From contig PPNB01000013.1 of assembly GCA_003707115.1 (NCBI GenBank), forward strand, positions 62,001 through 126,000: 64,000 bases of DNA, in the 5' to 3' direction. Position 1 is the first letter of the stretch, and the number at the start of each line of letters is the position of its first letter. The notes beneath the pieces are model-generated. The model worked only from the letters and a program-made list of their open reading frames with translations, had not been told where the DNA came from and ran no database searches. The translations under genes and the position numbers were made by a program. This DNA comes from Tortispora ganteri (lineage: Eukaryota). Positions 10,227 through 21,698 of this stretch are shown one piece after another.

Positions 10227-10817
10227 ATGGCGGATGCATTGAAGATATTATCGAACCCTGCTTTGTCAAATATGGCTATTATGTTGCTGGTGACGCAATA
10301 TTCTAAGCGGCTTCCCTGGGACGACCCAAACACTGTGTTCTATGCACGCTGCTGCTACCTCGCATCGGTGGCCCTTGTGATGTGTGTATACCTCTACACT
10401 CGTATGCTTATAAGCAAGAAGAAAGATCTTACGACGCTGAAATACGTGCAACCTGCTAATGTTGCTGCGGGTCAGGAAGAGCAGTTGATTACTACCACTG
10501 TTATGCAGTACGATCTTGAACAAATTTCTTCTGCTATCAAGGGAGTATTTACCGGCCTTGCGATGATGGGTTTCATGCACCTCTACATGAAGTACACAAA
10601 TCCGCTTATTATCCAAAGTATTTTGCCACTTAAAAGTGCTTTAGAGCACAATGAAGTCAAACTTCATGTTTTTGGCAAACCTGCTTCTGGCGATCTTAAA
10701 CGCCCCTTCAAAGCCGCATCTCTCTTTAGCGGCCTGGGAGGTGGTGAGCCACTCACCGACAAGAAGGCCATCTCTGAGGCTGAAACAAAGGGCACTGGTG
10801 GTGTCAAATCTGATTAG
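10227..10817 (+). CDS. PHO88: Pho88/Snd3 ER membrane protein
   Basis: KKDLTTLKYV.P, TTTV..YD, MMGFMHLYMKYTNPL, GKPA.GDLKRPFK, GG.K.D C-terminus. Confidence 0.93.
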   Translation: MADALKILSNPALSNMAIMLLVTQYSKRLPWDDPNTVFYARCCYLASVALVMCVYLYTRMLISKKKDLTTLKYVQPANVAAGQEEQLITTTVMQYDLEQISSAIKGVFTGLAMMGFMHLYMKYTNPLIIQSILPLKSALEHNEVKLHVFGKPASGDLKRPFKAASLFSGLGGGEPLTDKKAISEAETKGTGGVKSD

Positions 10818-11035
10818 CCAATCTTGCTGATAAATAGAGTGTGAATTTCCTTTTTTTTTCTGTTCATTAAGAAAAATAATAATTGATCTGTTACACTAAA
10901 TTGCGTGTTTGTATGCTGGATGGAACGTGTATAGCTGCTCTTTCCCGTAGAAAATGGCTTTTGCCCGCCAATCTTATTACCTACTCCCATTGATTTGACC
11001 TTACCCATTCCTTCTTCACCACTCTACTTACTGCA

Positions 11036-11554
11036 ATGCCCGCTTACCATTCTACATTCCTTGCAGAATCGGTGCCGAATGTCGGAAATATGGCACTATT
11101 GCCATTACGTACGAAATTCCGCGGTCCTGCATATACCACAGACCAGTACGACATCGTTGACGAAACGCTTGACTTGTTCCGAGCCAACGCCCTCTTTCGG
11201 AACTTTGAAATCAAAGGGCCTGCAGACAGAACTCTTATATACGGGATATTGTTCGTATCCGATTGTTTGAATGTCATTAAACCGAATGTTACTGACCGCG
11301 AGGCACAGCGACTGCTTTCTAATGTCGCTTTAGATCACTTCTCTATTCCTGGAGAACCTGGTTTCCCGCTTAACTCCATGTACAGCCCTCCTCAAGACCG
11401 CACCGAGGCAGAAACGCTCCAGCAATATATCCAGCAATTCCGCCAGGAGATCGCCACTCGTCTAGTTCAGCGTCTTTACGATGGTGACGGAGCTCTCCCG
11501 AACAAATATTGGCTGGCGTTCTCAAAGCACCGCTTCATGAACAAAAAGCTATAA
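11036..11554 (+). CDS. ARC18: Arp2/3 complex 21 kDa subunit (ARPC3)
   Basis: MPAYHSTF, LLPLRTKFRGPA, FRAN..FRNFEIKGPADRTLIYGILF, K.WLAFSK.RFMNK.L. Confidence 0.95.
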   Translation: MPAYHSTFLAESVPNVGNMALLPLRTKFRGPAYTTDQYDIVDETLDLFRANALFRNFEIKGPADRTLIYGILFVSDCLNVIKPNVTDREAQRLLSNVALDHFSIPGEPGFPLNSMYSPPQDRTEAETLQQYIQQFRQEIATRLVQRLYDGDGALPNKYWLAFSKHRFMNKKL

Positions 11555-11721
11555 CGTTATAACTACAACTAAATGCTAGGCAATTGGAAACAATTAAACT
11601 CAATGAAAAGTCTTTCTATAAATTGGTTTGCGCTGAACCAAATAAATTAATGATATTCATAGTCTGGTCGATTTATAATTATTTCATACCAGACAACAAG
11701 TCGTAATCTCCTCAGATGTTT

Positions 11722-12735
11722 CTAGGTCTGTAGTTCCAGTCCCTTTTTGATTGCACCTATAACGGCACTTGTTTGTATCTTTTCGTTACCGCCGCCGCTT
11801 AAACGATACTCTATCTGTGCCATTTCGTCGAGCATTACAATTCGTGCTGCAGGAGTGAGTTCGAGTCCTTCGATAATATCTGCTAGACCCGTGAGCAGAT
11901 CTTGCAACGCTAAGCCGTGAAGCGCCTTGGCTTTCATGACCTCCTCATACGCCTCAAACCAGTCTTTGCTCATTATAAGTTCCAGAATACCTTCGAGATC
12001 TTGTGGTCGCGGCGCCCCGACACATGAATAAACCATGTCCGTAGTTATTGGTTCGAGTTCGTCTTTTGACGCGGCACAGGCCTGGAGCACGTTCAGTGCA
12101 CGCCGCATATCACCCTTCGATAACCCAACAAGCGCATCAATAGCGCCATTATCTATGGAAAGTGATTCACTTTGTACGACTTTCTGTACCTGCGCGAGTA
12201 CGGCGGCTTCTGATAGTGGAGAGAATCTGAATCGCGTGCATCGCGATAAGATAGCAGGTGTGAGTTTGTGGTTGTAGTTGGCAAGAATACAAAACCGCGT
12301 ATTGCTTGTATACTTTTCCATTATACGGCGCAACGCATTCTGTGCAGCTTGTGTCATGGCGTCTGCTTCGTCGAGAATGACTAGTTTCATCTTGTTCTTA
12401 GAGAACATCTGTTTAGTACTTGCAAACAGCTTTATTTGTTCACGGACAACATCAATTCCGCGGTCATCAGACGCATTCAATTCAAGAACACTACCCTTAT
12501 ACGATCTACCATAAATTTCTCGCGCAATAGCATGAATTGTTGATGTCTTACCAGTTCCAGGAGGACCGTAGAACAACATGTGTGGCAACCGGTCTGCTGC
12601 CAAAAATTTCTTCACTGTTGCCACAATAGACTCTTGACCTGAAATATCGTCCAGCGAATTCGGTCGGTATTTTTCGACCCATGGCAAATTATCGCGTCCT
12701 GTTGATTCATTAGCTGTTTCTTTACCTTTACTCAT
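11722..12735 (-). CDS. RFC3: Replication factor C small subunit (yeast Rfc3 type)
   Basis: LPWVEKYRP, LPHMLFYGPPGTGKTST, LELNASDDRGIDVVREQIK, ILDEADAMT.AAQNALRR, SRCTRFRF.PL. Confidence 0.9.
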   Translation of the reverse strand: MSKGKETANESTGRDNLPWVEKYRPNSLDDISGQESIVATVKKFLAADRLPHMLFYGPPGTGKTSTIHAIAREIYGRSYKGSVLELNASDDRGIDVVREQIKLFASTKQMFSKNKMKLVILDEADAMTQAAQNALRRIMEKYTSNTRFCILANYNHKLTPAILSRCTRFRFSPLSEAAVLAQVQKVVQSESLSIDNGAIDALVGLSKGDMRRALNVLQACAASKDELEPITTDMVYSCVGAPRPQDLEGILELIMSKDWFEAYEEVMKAKALHGLALQDLLTGLADIIEGLELTPAARIVMLDEMAQIEYRLSGGGNEKIQTSAVIGAIKKGLELQT

Positions 12736-12748
12736 TTGTCTATTTCTA

Positions 12749-12754
12749 ACGCGT
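12749..12754. promoter_or_regulatory. Putative MCB (ACGCGT) G1/S element upstream of RFC3
   Basis: ACGCGT 14 bp upstream of the RFC3 ATG, with a near-match CCGCGT at 12799-12804. Typical of replication genes. Confidence 0.4.
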
Positions 12755-13030
12755 CTTTGATCGGTTGTTAGGAACTTTTAGAACCACACCCGATGCAACC
12801 GCGTCGCCTTCTTTACCACGCCATTATATCCTTATGATTAAAAAAATTGCAACACATTGATTATTATATATTCAGATATTTAAATATTTAGAGATAATAA
12901 AAAGATAGTCATTTATTATCAGTTTAGAAATAGTTATAATGACATAAATATAACAAAAAGCTGATAATGACAGAACTCTATTTTGTGGTCCACCAGAACT
13001 CTATTTTCGACAAAATCTTTCTGCCTTATA

Positions 13031-14089
13031 ATGTCTGCTGTCCCAGGTTTAGCGACCGATGCCGTCCTTAAGAAATCTGACGATGTCGATCCAAATGCAG
13101 TAATAGTATCAGGACTTGATCATACACATCCTAATCCCTCAGCAAAAGAAATCATCGATGGAATGAGGTACATGGGATTCCAAGCTTCTTCAGTCGCCCA
13201 GGCTTGCGATATCATAAACGATATGAGATCATGGCGTGGCGAAAAGGACGGAGTAGAGACTAAATGTACTATATTCCTCGGTTATACTTCAAATTTGATC
13301 TCGTCTGGTCTCAGATCAACACTTAAGTTCCTCGTCAAACACAACCTCGTGTCCGCAATAGTAACTACTGCTGGCGGTATTGAAGAGGATTTCATCAAAT
13401 GTCTTGGCCCCACATACATGGGCGACTTTGCACTACCAGGTAAAGAATTACGCGAAAAGGGAATGAACCGTATTGGCAACCTGCTCGTCCCGAACGATAA
13501 CTACTGTCACTTCGAGGAGTGGATCGTGCCCATTCTTGACAAAATGCTCGAAGAACAGGAATCCAACGGTGTCTCTTGGACACCCTCTACATTGATAGAA
13601 CGTCTTGGAAATGAGATCGACAATGAAGACTCTGTCTACTACTGGGCTGCTAAAAACAAGATTCCGGTTTTCTGTCCTGCAATTACTGACGGATCTCTAG
13701 GCGACATGCTTTTCTTCCATACCTTCAAAGCCTCGCCCTTGCAGCTGAAAATCGATATCGTTGCCGATATCCGCAGAATTAATTCAATGTCAATGGCAGC
13801 TGATGCAGCAGGAATGATTATTCTCGGTGGGGGCGTCGTCAAACATCACATAGCTAACGCCTGTCTTATGCGAAACGGCGCAGATTTTGCCGTATACATC
13901 AACACTGGCCAAGAATTCGACGGTTCAGATGCAGGCGCCCGGCCAGACGAGGCAGTCTCTTGGGGCAAAATAAAAGCAGACGCAAAAAGTGTTAAAGTCT
14001 ATGCAGAGGCTACAGTCGTCTTCCCGCTTATAGTCTCCGCGACTTTCGGCTCCGGTGATGATAAATCTATATATAAAAACACATTATAA
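13031..14089 (+). CDS. DYS1: Deoxyhypusine synthase
   Basis: [64 protein letters not shown] at 13031. Confidence 0.96.
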   Translation: MSAVPGLATDAVLKKSDDVDPNAVIVSGLDHTHPNPSAKEIIDGMRYMGFQASSVAQACDIINDMRSWRGEKDGVETKCTIFLGYTSNLISSGLRSTLKFLVKHNLVSAIVTTAGGIEEDFIKCLGPTYMGDFALPGKELREKGMNRIGNLLVPNDNYCHFEEWIVPILDKMLEEQESNGVSWTPSTLIERLGNEIDNEDSVYYWAAKNKIPVFCPAITDGSLGDMLFFHTFKASPLQLKIDIVADIRRINSMSMAADAAGMIILGGGVVKHHIANACLMRNGADFAVYINTGQEFDGSDAGARPDEAVSWGKIKADAKSVKVYAEATVVFPLIVSATFGSGDDKSIYKNTL

Positions 14090-14142
14090 TACAATATCAC
14101 AGTTTCCGGTCCTAGAAACGAAAATCGTGAGCACACAAATGT

Positions 14143-16953
14143 TCAGCAACCTCGTTCATTGCTCTCACGGCTTTTCACCGTAGAATTATCATAGAAAATC
14201 GGTTTATGAGTAGCAGTAACCGCAGGTTCATGGAAGACTCCTGCTTTGGGTCCTTGTTTCTCATTAAAATACGCACCATGTACATTAGCTTGCTTGTTGT
14301 TCTCGTTGTCAGAGTCTGGCTCAGGATTAAGAAGCGCTTGTACAGACGATTTGTGCTTAACATGAACAGCATTAGAAATGGAACCCCGCGATGTACTTGA
14401 ATCAACAAAAACGCCCAACCGTGGCCCAGAAGTTGCAGTAATAATGTCTGAAGATGTAGTAGTACTAATATTATCGTCACCAGATGTGCTCCTGGATAGT
14501 CGCATATTGGCTTCCTCAACAATAACATCCCAGCCATTCTCTTTTCCATGTTTCACAAAATAGTTCTTGGCCATCGTAGAGGTCTTGCTCTCAAGTTTTT
14601 CTGCAACCAACTTCCAATTAGATCCATGCTCCGCTAGAAGAATAGGAAACATCTTAATATCATGCACGTTCCAGTAACTGGACGTAGCTCCTTTTCTTGA
14701 CTGTTTTCCATATTTCTCTTGTTGGTATGTTCCTTCCCAAGTGTCATTAGTCGTCGCAAGATCTGAAGTTCTAATCGCATGTGCAGAGAACCCATCATGC
14801 AAGTCGGTTAACGCACTAATAGCGTCCTGCTCTTTGCTCTTAAGCTCTTCTACATTAGAGGCAATATCATTCGGTAGCGTTTCGTCTCCTATGGAATCTT
14901 CCGACTTGATAGCAATGGAGCTTCGGTCTTCGCTCGGTTCAGGTTCCGCAGATTTTGATTTTTTAACTTTCGTCTTCTTTGGCCCAGAGCGTTTCAGTTT
15001 GGCAGCCAAAAGAGCTTTGTAGTCTGTTTCCTTCTTGGTACGGTAATAATGTAGTACACAGTCGTGAAAGCTATAACGGTCACCAAGTTCTTTAGCAATT
15101 TTCCCAAACTGTTTTGGGTTATTCAAGTAAGCATCAATATAAAGCTTATGATCATCAGGAGTAAAGTTATCTTCAGCGTCGGTCGCTAGCCGCTTAACCA
15201 TTGCTGCTTTGTCCAATACCTTGTTGTTAACGTCGATATAAGACATAAAGCGTTCCTTCTTGTGTTTATCTAGTATCATATCAGGTATTTTAGCAGCCGT
15301 GCGCATAGCACGTACTAGTGGATCAAGAGCAGTTTCTGCTTCTAATGAAGCCAACACTTCGAGAAATTCAGCTTCGCTTCTAACAGAGTCAGAAACCGGA
15401 CCACCACGTCGGCCACGCCTGCCACCACTGGGCGAAGACCCACTGTAAGGATCCCCATCTTTTTCATCTTCAGTTAAAGAAGCAGACACAATCGTTTTCT
15501 TGAATTTAGAGTCCAAATCATCACATGACTGTAACCATGCTGTTCGTAACTCCAAGTATTCTTTCTGCAGATCACGGCCGAGTTGCTCGACTCGTTTGTG
15601 TTCTTCTTCAATTGAGTTGTAGACCACATGTTCAAGATTATGAAGCTTTATATCGTTAAAAAAACTCTTAATGTTTGGTAAGTCTTGAATAGAGACGATT
15701 CCATTGACATTAAAATACTTTTCAGACGCCGCGACGACTTGCGGCGCATTGCTATTGTCGTTCTTCTGCTGATCAATATTTTCAGAGTCAGATATATCGG
15801 TAGAAGCTTCACTCATACGTCGCGATCGGTTTATAGAGAGAGCAGGTGGCGATGAGATATGATCGGGCTGTTCTTCAACTGGATCGATTTGTGGGGAATA
15901 TTCAGAATCATTTCCTGGAGAAGAATATTCAGCAGGCTTTTTTGGTGAATTTGTGCTGAATAAAGGATTATTAGTATGATTCTCATTCTCAGCTGCCACA
16001 GGTGAAGGCGATGACGCAAGTTTGACACGTTTAGGTTGATTATCATATTCTGTAGAATCATCTCTTTGGTGTGAGAACATTGTAGAATTTGCTGAACGTG
16101 TATCAGTTTCCAGTAAAGACATATCAGCAGTTTCAGGAGACATTTGAAATGATGAGGCAGGGTTTTGCGGGACGTCTGAGCTGTCGTTCTGCGAAACGAG
16201 TAAGGGCGGCGAACTGGGAGGTGGAGAATAATTAGCGTCGAGTTGATTGGCATCTTTAGCTTCTGAGCTGTGTATTTGAGGCGGAGGAGATGAATAGGGC
16301 GAAGGTGTTGGACTGTCAGCATGACCTCTACGAACCACCACGGACTCGGAGTTGTGATCAGTGAAGCGAGGCTGAGGATCGTGAAAAGTGTTTACCGACG
16401 ATGAATTAGGTGGGGAGGGACGAGACGAAAATGAAGAAGTGGAAGAAGAAGAGTTAGTTAAATTAGCTGAGCGAGATGGAGACCGCGATCGCGACCTTCG
16501 CCGTGAAGGAGGGCCAGGATACTGGCGATCTGAAGGAGTTCGTCTGCGGTAGGGAGGTGGAGGATGGTAGTCTCTTCTTTCCCATGAAGGTCGGGATCTG
16601 TGGTCGTCAATGTACTGCCTCCGCGAGTAAGGCCGTGAATCTCTATGATAAGAAGCTGATTCTGGTCTGTCTCGGGACCAAGAGGGTCTTCTGTGATCGC
16701 CGCGATAAGGGTGATGATCGATAGGTCTTGACGGACCGTGGAAAGACCTCGAATGGCGGTGCGGATCAGGACGTTGATGCGATCTAGCGTCAGAAATGGG
16801 TCTATGGTCCGGTCGCTGGTCGTTCCTGGTCTCCCAGGGCGCCTCATGTCGTCTTGACATGAAGGGCTGAGTGAAAAGTGGTGAACTTGAAGATGAAGGG
16901 GATAGGTGCAAGGTTTGTTGTGGGTAAAGTACTAGTAGACTAATAGTTCCCAT
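14143..16953 (-). CDS. SNT1: Set3C/NCoR-like SANT-domain protein
   Basis: DSVRSEAEF..VLA.L, SANT1 (FT...H.LY...Y...PKQFGKIA...CVLHYY.TKK), SANT2 (SSYW......FP.LL..HGSNW..VA.KL..KT..M.KNYF). Alternative start at 16860. Confidence 0.82.
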   Translation of the reverse strand: MGTISLLVLYPQQTLHLSPSSSSSPLFTQPFMSRRHEAPWETRNDQRPDHRPISDARSHQRPDPHRHSRSFHGPSRPIDHHPYRGDHRRPSWSRDRPESASYHRDSRPYSRRQYIDDHRSRPSWERRDYHPPPPYRRRTPSDRQYPGPPSRRRSRSRSPSRSANLTNSSSSTSSFSSRPSPPNSSSVNTFHDPQPRFTDHNSESVVVRRGHADSPTPSPYSSPPPQIHSSEAKDANQLDANYSPPPSSPPLLVSQNDSSDVPQNPASSFQMSPETADMSLLETDTRSANSTMFSHQRDDSTEYDNQPKRVKLASSPSPVAAENENHTNNPLFSTNSPKKPAEYSSPGNDSEYSPQIDPVEEQPDHISSPPALSINRSRRMSEASTDISDSENIDQQKNDNSNAPQVVAASEKYFNVNGIVSIQDLPNIKSFFNDIKLHNLEHVVYNSIEEEHKRVEQLGRDLQKEYLELRTAWLQSCDDLDSKFKKTIVSASLTEDEKDGDPYSGSSPSGGRRGRRGGPVSDSVRSEAEFLEVLASLEAETALDPLVRAMRTAAKIPDMILDKHKKERFMSYIDVNNKVLDKAAMVKRLATDAEDNFTPDDHKLYIDAYLNNPKQFGKIAKELGDRYSFHDCVLHYYRTKKETDYKALLAAKLKRSGPKKTKVKKSKSAEPEPSEDRSSIAIKSEDSIGDETLPNDIASNVEELKSKEQDAISALTDLHDGFSAHAIRTSDLATTNDTWEGTYQQEKYGKQSRKGATSSYWNVHDIKMFPILLAEHGSNWKLVAEKLESKTSTMAKNYFVKHGKENGWDVIVEEANMRLSRSTSGDDNISTTTSSDIITATSGPRLGVFVDSSTSRGSISNAVHVKHKSSVQALLNPEPDSDNENNKQANVHGAYFNEKQGPKAGVFHEPAVTATHKPIFYDNSTVKSRESNERGC

Positions 16954-17170
16954 AGTTACGGTAACAAAAATCTGTTTGACTACATGTTTGATGCTAAAAG
17001 ATGATTTATAAAAATAAAGACTTTAGTCTGCGAATAAAAAAAGTATCCAAAATGCAAAGTATCTAAGCGTAAGATATGTGAAGCGAAAGGGGGTCATTAG
17101 CTGTGCTGAATGCTGATATGAACGTAAGAGGGGGGTGTGACAGCATGCAATTTTATTGAGGCAAGGGCCA

Positions 17171-18124
17171 TTAGCATTGGATGACATCGGCAACAAGGAA
17201 TTGAATAGGGATACATTCAGATCCAATGTCCTGATCGTAAAGATTATAGAAGCTTCCAGATCGGCACTTGTAGAAAACGGAATTGCTGCCGAGGGTGAGA
17301 GTTCCGTTGGTTTGGATTGACCAGCCCTTGGCATAGATGCAGCCTGCTTGAGGAGGACCATCAAATTGGAACTGACGGTTAGCGACAATGCTTCCAATAC
17401 GTCCATGTGAGTCGGTAAGGATACCGTCCTCAAGGGTCATAGCAAGAACACCTTCACCGTCGCAAGTGTACAGTCCGTCACCGAACGAGCGGCTTGGGGA
17501 GTCAGGAGCAGAAGTGGCCTGGACTTGGCCATCCTCAATTTGCGAAACTACCTTAGCGAGGGTAGTAGGAGCTTGGATCTGGCCGTCACCGATTTGTGAA
17601 ACAACGGGAATGCCAGTAGGAGCTTGGATTTGCCCATCGCCGATTTGCGAAACAACGGGAACGCCAGTGGGTGCTTGGATTTGCCCATCACCGATTTGCG
17701 AAACAACGGCGACTCCAGTAGGAGCTTGGATTTGTCCATCGTCGATTTGCGAAACTACAGGTACAGTATCTTTGCAGTTAACGCTTTCAGTGACAACGAC
17801 AGTGACGGCAGGAGCAGTGACTGTAACGACGTCACAAGTTGGAGCCTGGATTTGACCATCCCCTATTTGTGAAACAACAGCGACGGTTGTAGTCGGGGCT
17901 TGGACTTGGCCATCATCAATTTGAGAGACGGCACGCTTTTCAACGGCGGGGGTAGCAATCTCTCTGGTGTAAATACCGAAAGTGACAGTGTAGTCAGTAA
18001 CAGCACCAGCAGGCGCAGAATCGGTTGGTGTTAATGTAGTCCAAGCGGAAACGTCGGTACCTGGAACGTAGGCTCCAAGGACAGTAGATGCAAGAAGCGA
18101 AATAGCAGCGAGAGAGAGACTCAT
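17171..18124 (-). CDS. PIR-family cell wall protein
   Basis: Signal peptide, Kex2 site VEKR, seven SQI(G/D/E)DGQ(I/V)QA repeats, C-terminal four-Cys domain with [18 protein letters not shown]. Confidence 0.95.
   Translation of the reverse strand: MSLSLAAISLLASTVLGAYVPGTDVSAWTTLTPTDSAPAGAVTDYTVTFGIYTREIATPAVEKRAVSQIDDGQVQAPTTTVAVVSQIGDGQIQAPTCDVVTVTAPAVTVVVTESVNCKDTVPVVSQIDDGQIQAPTGVAVVSQIGDGQIQAPTGVPVVSQIGDGQIQAPTGIPVVSQIGDGQIQAPTTLAKVVSQIEDGQVQATSAPDSPSRSFGDGLYTCDGEGVLAMTLEDGILTDSHGRIGSIVANRQFQFDGPPQAGCIYAKGWSIQTNGTLTLGSNSVFYKCRSGSFYNLYDQDIGSECIPIQFLVADVIQC
17516..17932 (-). repeat. PIR internal repeats (7 copies; central ones with a 51-bp period)
   Basis: Recurring [14 protein letters not shown] units visible in both DNA and translation. 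Confidence 0.9.
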
Positions 18125-20147
18125 GATGTTTTCCTAATTGAGAGACAAATCTTTTTGCTTAAAGTCCTTTCTAAGGGGTTAAGCTTTCTATTTTCAGTAA
18201 ATAGCTCTATTCTTAAGAATGAAGGGATGAAATATGCAAACCCTGCATATTTATATATAAGAGAGGTATTACTTCGTCTGCCAGCCTGTTGACCGCAGCT
18301 TCAGCCCGCTATACCGCATTCTGCAAGTAGGCTGAACTTGCATAAACTTTAATCTTATTAAGACTTGGCAAAAGCTTATTTAAGTTTGTGACTTCACAGG
18401 ACCATTTCAACAGTCACATAGAGTACAAATCCTATATTCTGCCACTGCAATGAAATAGAGGATTAGATAAAAGAACAACAAAACAATAAAAGAGGATATT
18501 AATACGTCAATTGTGGACGTGTGACTTGCATTGCGCAGAACTGCCGCCTGAGATGTGCGTGTGGTGTGAGGAAGCCTTGAAACTTTAAATTTAGATACAC
18601 GGCTTAATATGCCATTATTATAGGCCTTGGCGCGCTTGCATTTTGCTTAAAATCACAATCGCAGAGAAAAAAGCTGATTCCTTAGTTAGTTACGACTTTG
18701 CAATTCGTTGATACATGCATACCGGAACTAGCGTAGGATGTGTGAAAATAATATGTCGTCTTCAACTGGTTATGAAGCGCTTTTCCCCGAGAGTTGAGAA
18801 TCATAATGCAGTAGGGTTTGCCCACATCCACAGTCTGATACGAATTCAAAATTCCTAACTGGACCAAAATGCTATTATGTAATGCTCAAACATGGCAAAT
18901 GAGTCCAGTTCTGAATATACAAGCAGGTATCACGACTGTTCTGTTCTCCGGATATTCGGTACCTGAAAACTAAGTTAAAACGAAACTTTGGTTGGCCAAG
19001 AAGGCTGTCGTGGCTTGCCCTATTTAGCAGTAATTGATTTTAAGGTTCATTAACGGGCTTGCCGGAAGGCAAGCCAATTCCTTATTGCGGAAACTATTTG
19101 TTTCATGTAAGAGAAATTCAGTGAAGTAAATGTGTTCAGATTCAGGTACATGAACGGTTTATCCTCTTAGAGTGTGCCTTTTACGTGATAAGGCCAGTAT
19201 ATCAAGAATTTGAATGTTAAGTGGAGCAATTGCGAGAATCATACGTATAAAAGCAACATTCAGATGGAATAAAGTCACGTTTACCTTTTCTGGCCAAATA
19301 TTATATTATAGGTGAAACCCCACAACGTGGCCTCCGGAACCACGGTATGAAACCTGCATGGGAGACCAAGAACTCTGTTATGACGTAGTTAATAAGAATT
19401 AGCTTTGCAGGGTCTGCAGAGATTTAGTCAGAGCGAAAATCACATCATTATGAAAACGTAAACGCACATTGAAAAGGGTACCTAATGGCTTATCAAACTC
19501 TATATGATAAGGTAAGCTATGGATCTGTGGCGGAATGAAGTTTTGAGTGCGATTACCGCAATTAATAGAGTAACTGCCTGTTTTCTACAGGTAGCGGAAA
19601 ATCTGAAGGAGCGAAGCGGTAAAGTAAATTTATCCTTATTATTCCCCGCGCGGGTTTGCGTTATTTTATGCATGGAACTTTCGAAAAGGTTAGTTTGACG
19701 GCTAACTAGAAATAACCTATTATTGTGGATATTATGGCTATTATCTTTGCAAGTAAATTTGAGGCAGTACGCATCGTCATAATGATTACCCGTATTCTGA
19801 GCTAATTGATAGCACGAAACCGTTGCTTAATATGCTTGCAACTAGTGCTAATTGATGAGATTTGTAATACTAAAGCAGCTAGAACTGCCATTGGATAATC
19901 ATAAACTTAGTAAATACTATATGATCGCCAGTTGAGGTAACATATAGCATACTTAGTAAAATCAAAAAAGTTGACATAATTGAGTGTTTACATGGTGAAG
20001 TTGAGTAAGGACGCAGTGGCTGTGAGCCGGGTAACTTGTCTCTAAACATCTACTATTCTGCGCAAGAGTTAGAATGACATGTAATTGCACCATAAATAAC
20101 CTGTACATTTTGAGAAGCTGATCTACAGAGACAAATGTGCGATAATA

Positions 20148-21698
20148 ATGTCGAATAGACCTAATTTCGTTGTTGTTTCTGGTGGATCAGCGTGTAATTC
20201 CCTGGTGCCAGTGTTTTCTACTGTAGCCGATACTGTCACATATATTTTACCTATTTCGGACAACGGCGGATCAACATCTGAGATTCTGCGGGTTATTGGC
20301 GGTCCAGGGATTGGTGATATTCGTTCAAGACTGACAAGACTGATTCCAGATTCGGCTGCTGAAACCCGTGCGCTTATGTCGTACAGACTGCCTGATGATC
20401 CACAACTAGCTAAACTGGAATGGCTGGATATCATTGATGGTGTTCATCCTCTGTGGACTGCATTTGATTCTGCCCGGCGTGAGCTTTTGCGAGCATTTTT
20501 TATTCATGTGAACGTCGAGATTGGTAAGCGAACTCGGCCTGCGCGCCAGTTCCGTTTCCAGTACGCATCAATAGGCAATCTCTTTTTGACCGCTGCGCGA
20601 CTATTCAGTGGATCACTCGCATCCGCTATAGAACTTTTCTCAAGAGTATGTTGTATTCCTGAAAATCATCGTGTTTTATCATGTTTGAATACAAACTTCC
20701 CGCACCACATTTCTGCGCTCTTGACCAATGGCCAAATCATCACTGGACAATCCCAAATCAGTCACCCTTCTGTTGAAGATGATCATGTCACTGGCGAAGA
20801 GCCCATAATGGCTACTACGCGTGTAGCAACACCTGCACTGCATTCACCTGCACTTATCCCGGACAGAGAAATTGCTTACAATTTCCACCATGATCTCTCA
20901 GCGCGTATGGAGCATGTCAACGTCTCGTCCAGATCCCACAGCATCACACCGGCAACAGAAAGAGACTTTGATGACGATGAAGATGACGAAGACGCACATC
21001 CTCCTTTTACACATCCTTCGCTCAGACAGTCACAACTGCACTATTCCAAGGCCGGCATTATGCCACTCTCCAACCCCATCAGCCGAGTCTACTATATCAA
21101 CCCTTACGGTCAGGAGATCACACCCAAACTGTCGCAGCTTGCTTCAACCGCTATTAAATCCGCTGACACCCTTGTTTATGCTATAGGCTCACTCTATACG
21201 TCGATTCTGCCTGTTGTCATTCTGGATGGATTTTCGGAAGCCATAAGAAATTCGTCAATCAAGCAAAAGGTTTTGCTTATTAACGGCGAGCTCGACAGGG
21301 AGACTGGCAGCGTGTTTGACTGCTTTATGTATGTCAAGGCGATCATTAAGGGTTGCATATATAGTTCTGATGAGTTTAATGCCACATTAGCGCATGCTTC
21401 ATCTGCGAAAGAAGAAAAACCAGGGGTACTGCTGCCTCTACTTGAAATGCCAGATGAATCTGATGAAACGAAAAGGACGCTCAAGCTGGACAATGCAATT
21501 GAGAACATTGACTGGACGACATATGTGACTGACGTGGTCTTTATTGCGCACCCTGCTGCTATACCGCCAAACACAAAATTGCTAGAAGGACGTGGATTAA
21601 GAGTACACGCTGTAAAAGGCCGGAAAAGTAGATCTGGAGCTCAATACTATGAACCAAATGAGCTCACTGATCTGCTCAGAATAATAACCGAAACTTAA
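20148..21698 (+). CDS. CofD/YvcK-like (UPF0052) protein, YNL011C-type
   Basis: VVVSGGSA.N, ILPISDNGGSTSEILRVIGGP.IGDIRSRL, SIGNLFL, GQSQISHP, YAIGSL.TSILP, LLING.LDRET. Confidence 0.85.
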   Translation: MSNRPNFVVVSGGSACNSLVPVFSTVADTVTYILPISDNGGSTSEILRVIGGPGIGDIRSRLTRLIPDSAAETRALMSYRLPDDPQLAKLEWLDIIDGVHPLWTAFDSARRELLRAFFIHVNVEIGKRTRPARQFRFQYASIGNLFLTAARLFSGSLASAIELFSRVCCIPENHRVLSCLNTNFPHHISALLTNGQIITGQSQISHPSVEDDHVTGEEPIMATTRVATPALHSPALIPDREIAYNFHHDLSARMEHVNVSSRSHSITPATERDFDDDEDDEDAHPPFTHPSLRQSQLHYSKAGIMPLSNPISRVYYINPYGQEITPKLSQLASTAIKSADTLVYAIGSLYTSILPVVILDGFSEAIRNSSIKQKVLLINGELDRETGSVFDCFMYVKAIIKGCIYSSDEFNATLAHASSAKEEKPGVLLPLLEMPDESDETKRTLKLDNAIENIDWTTYVTDVVFIAHPAAIPPNTKLLEGRGLRVHAVKGRKSRSGAQYYEPNELTDLLRIITET

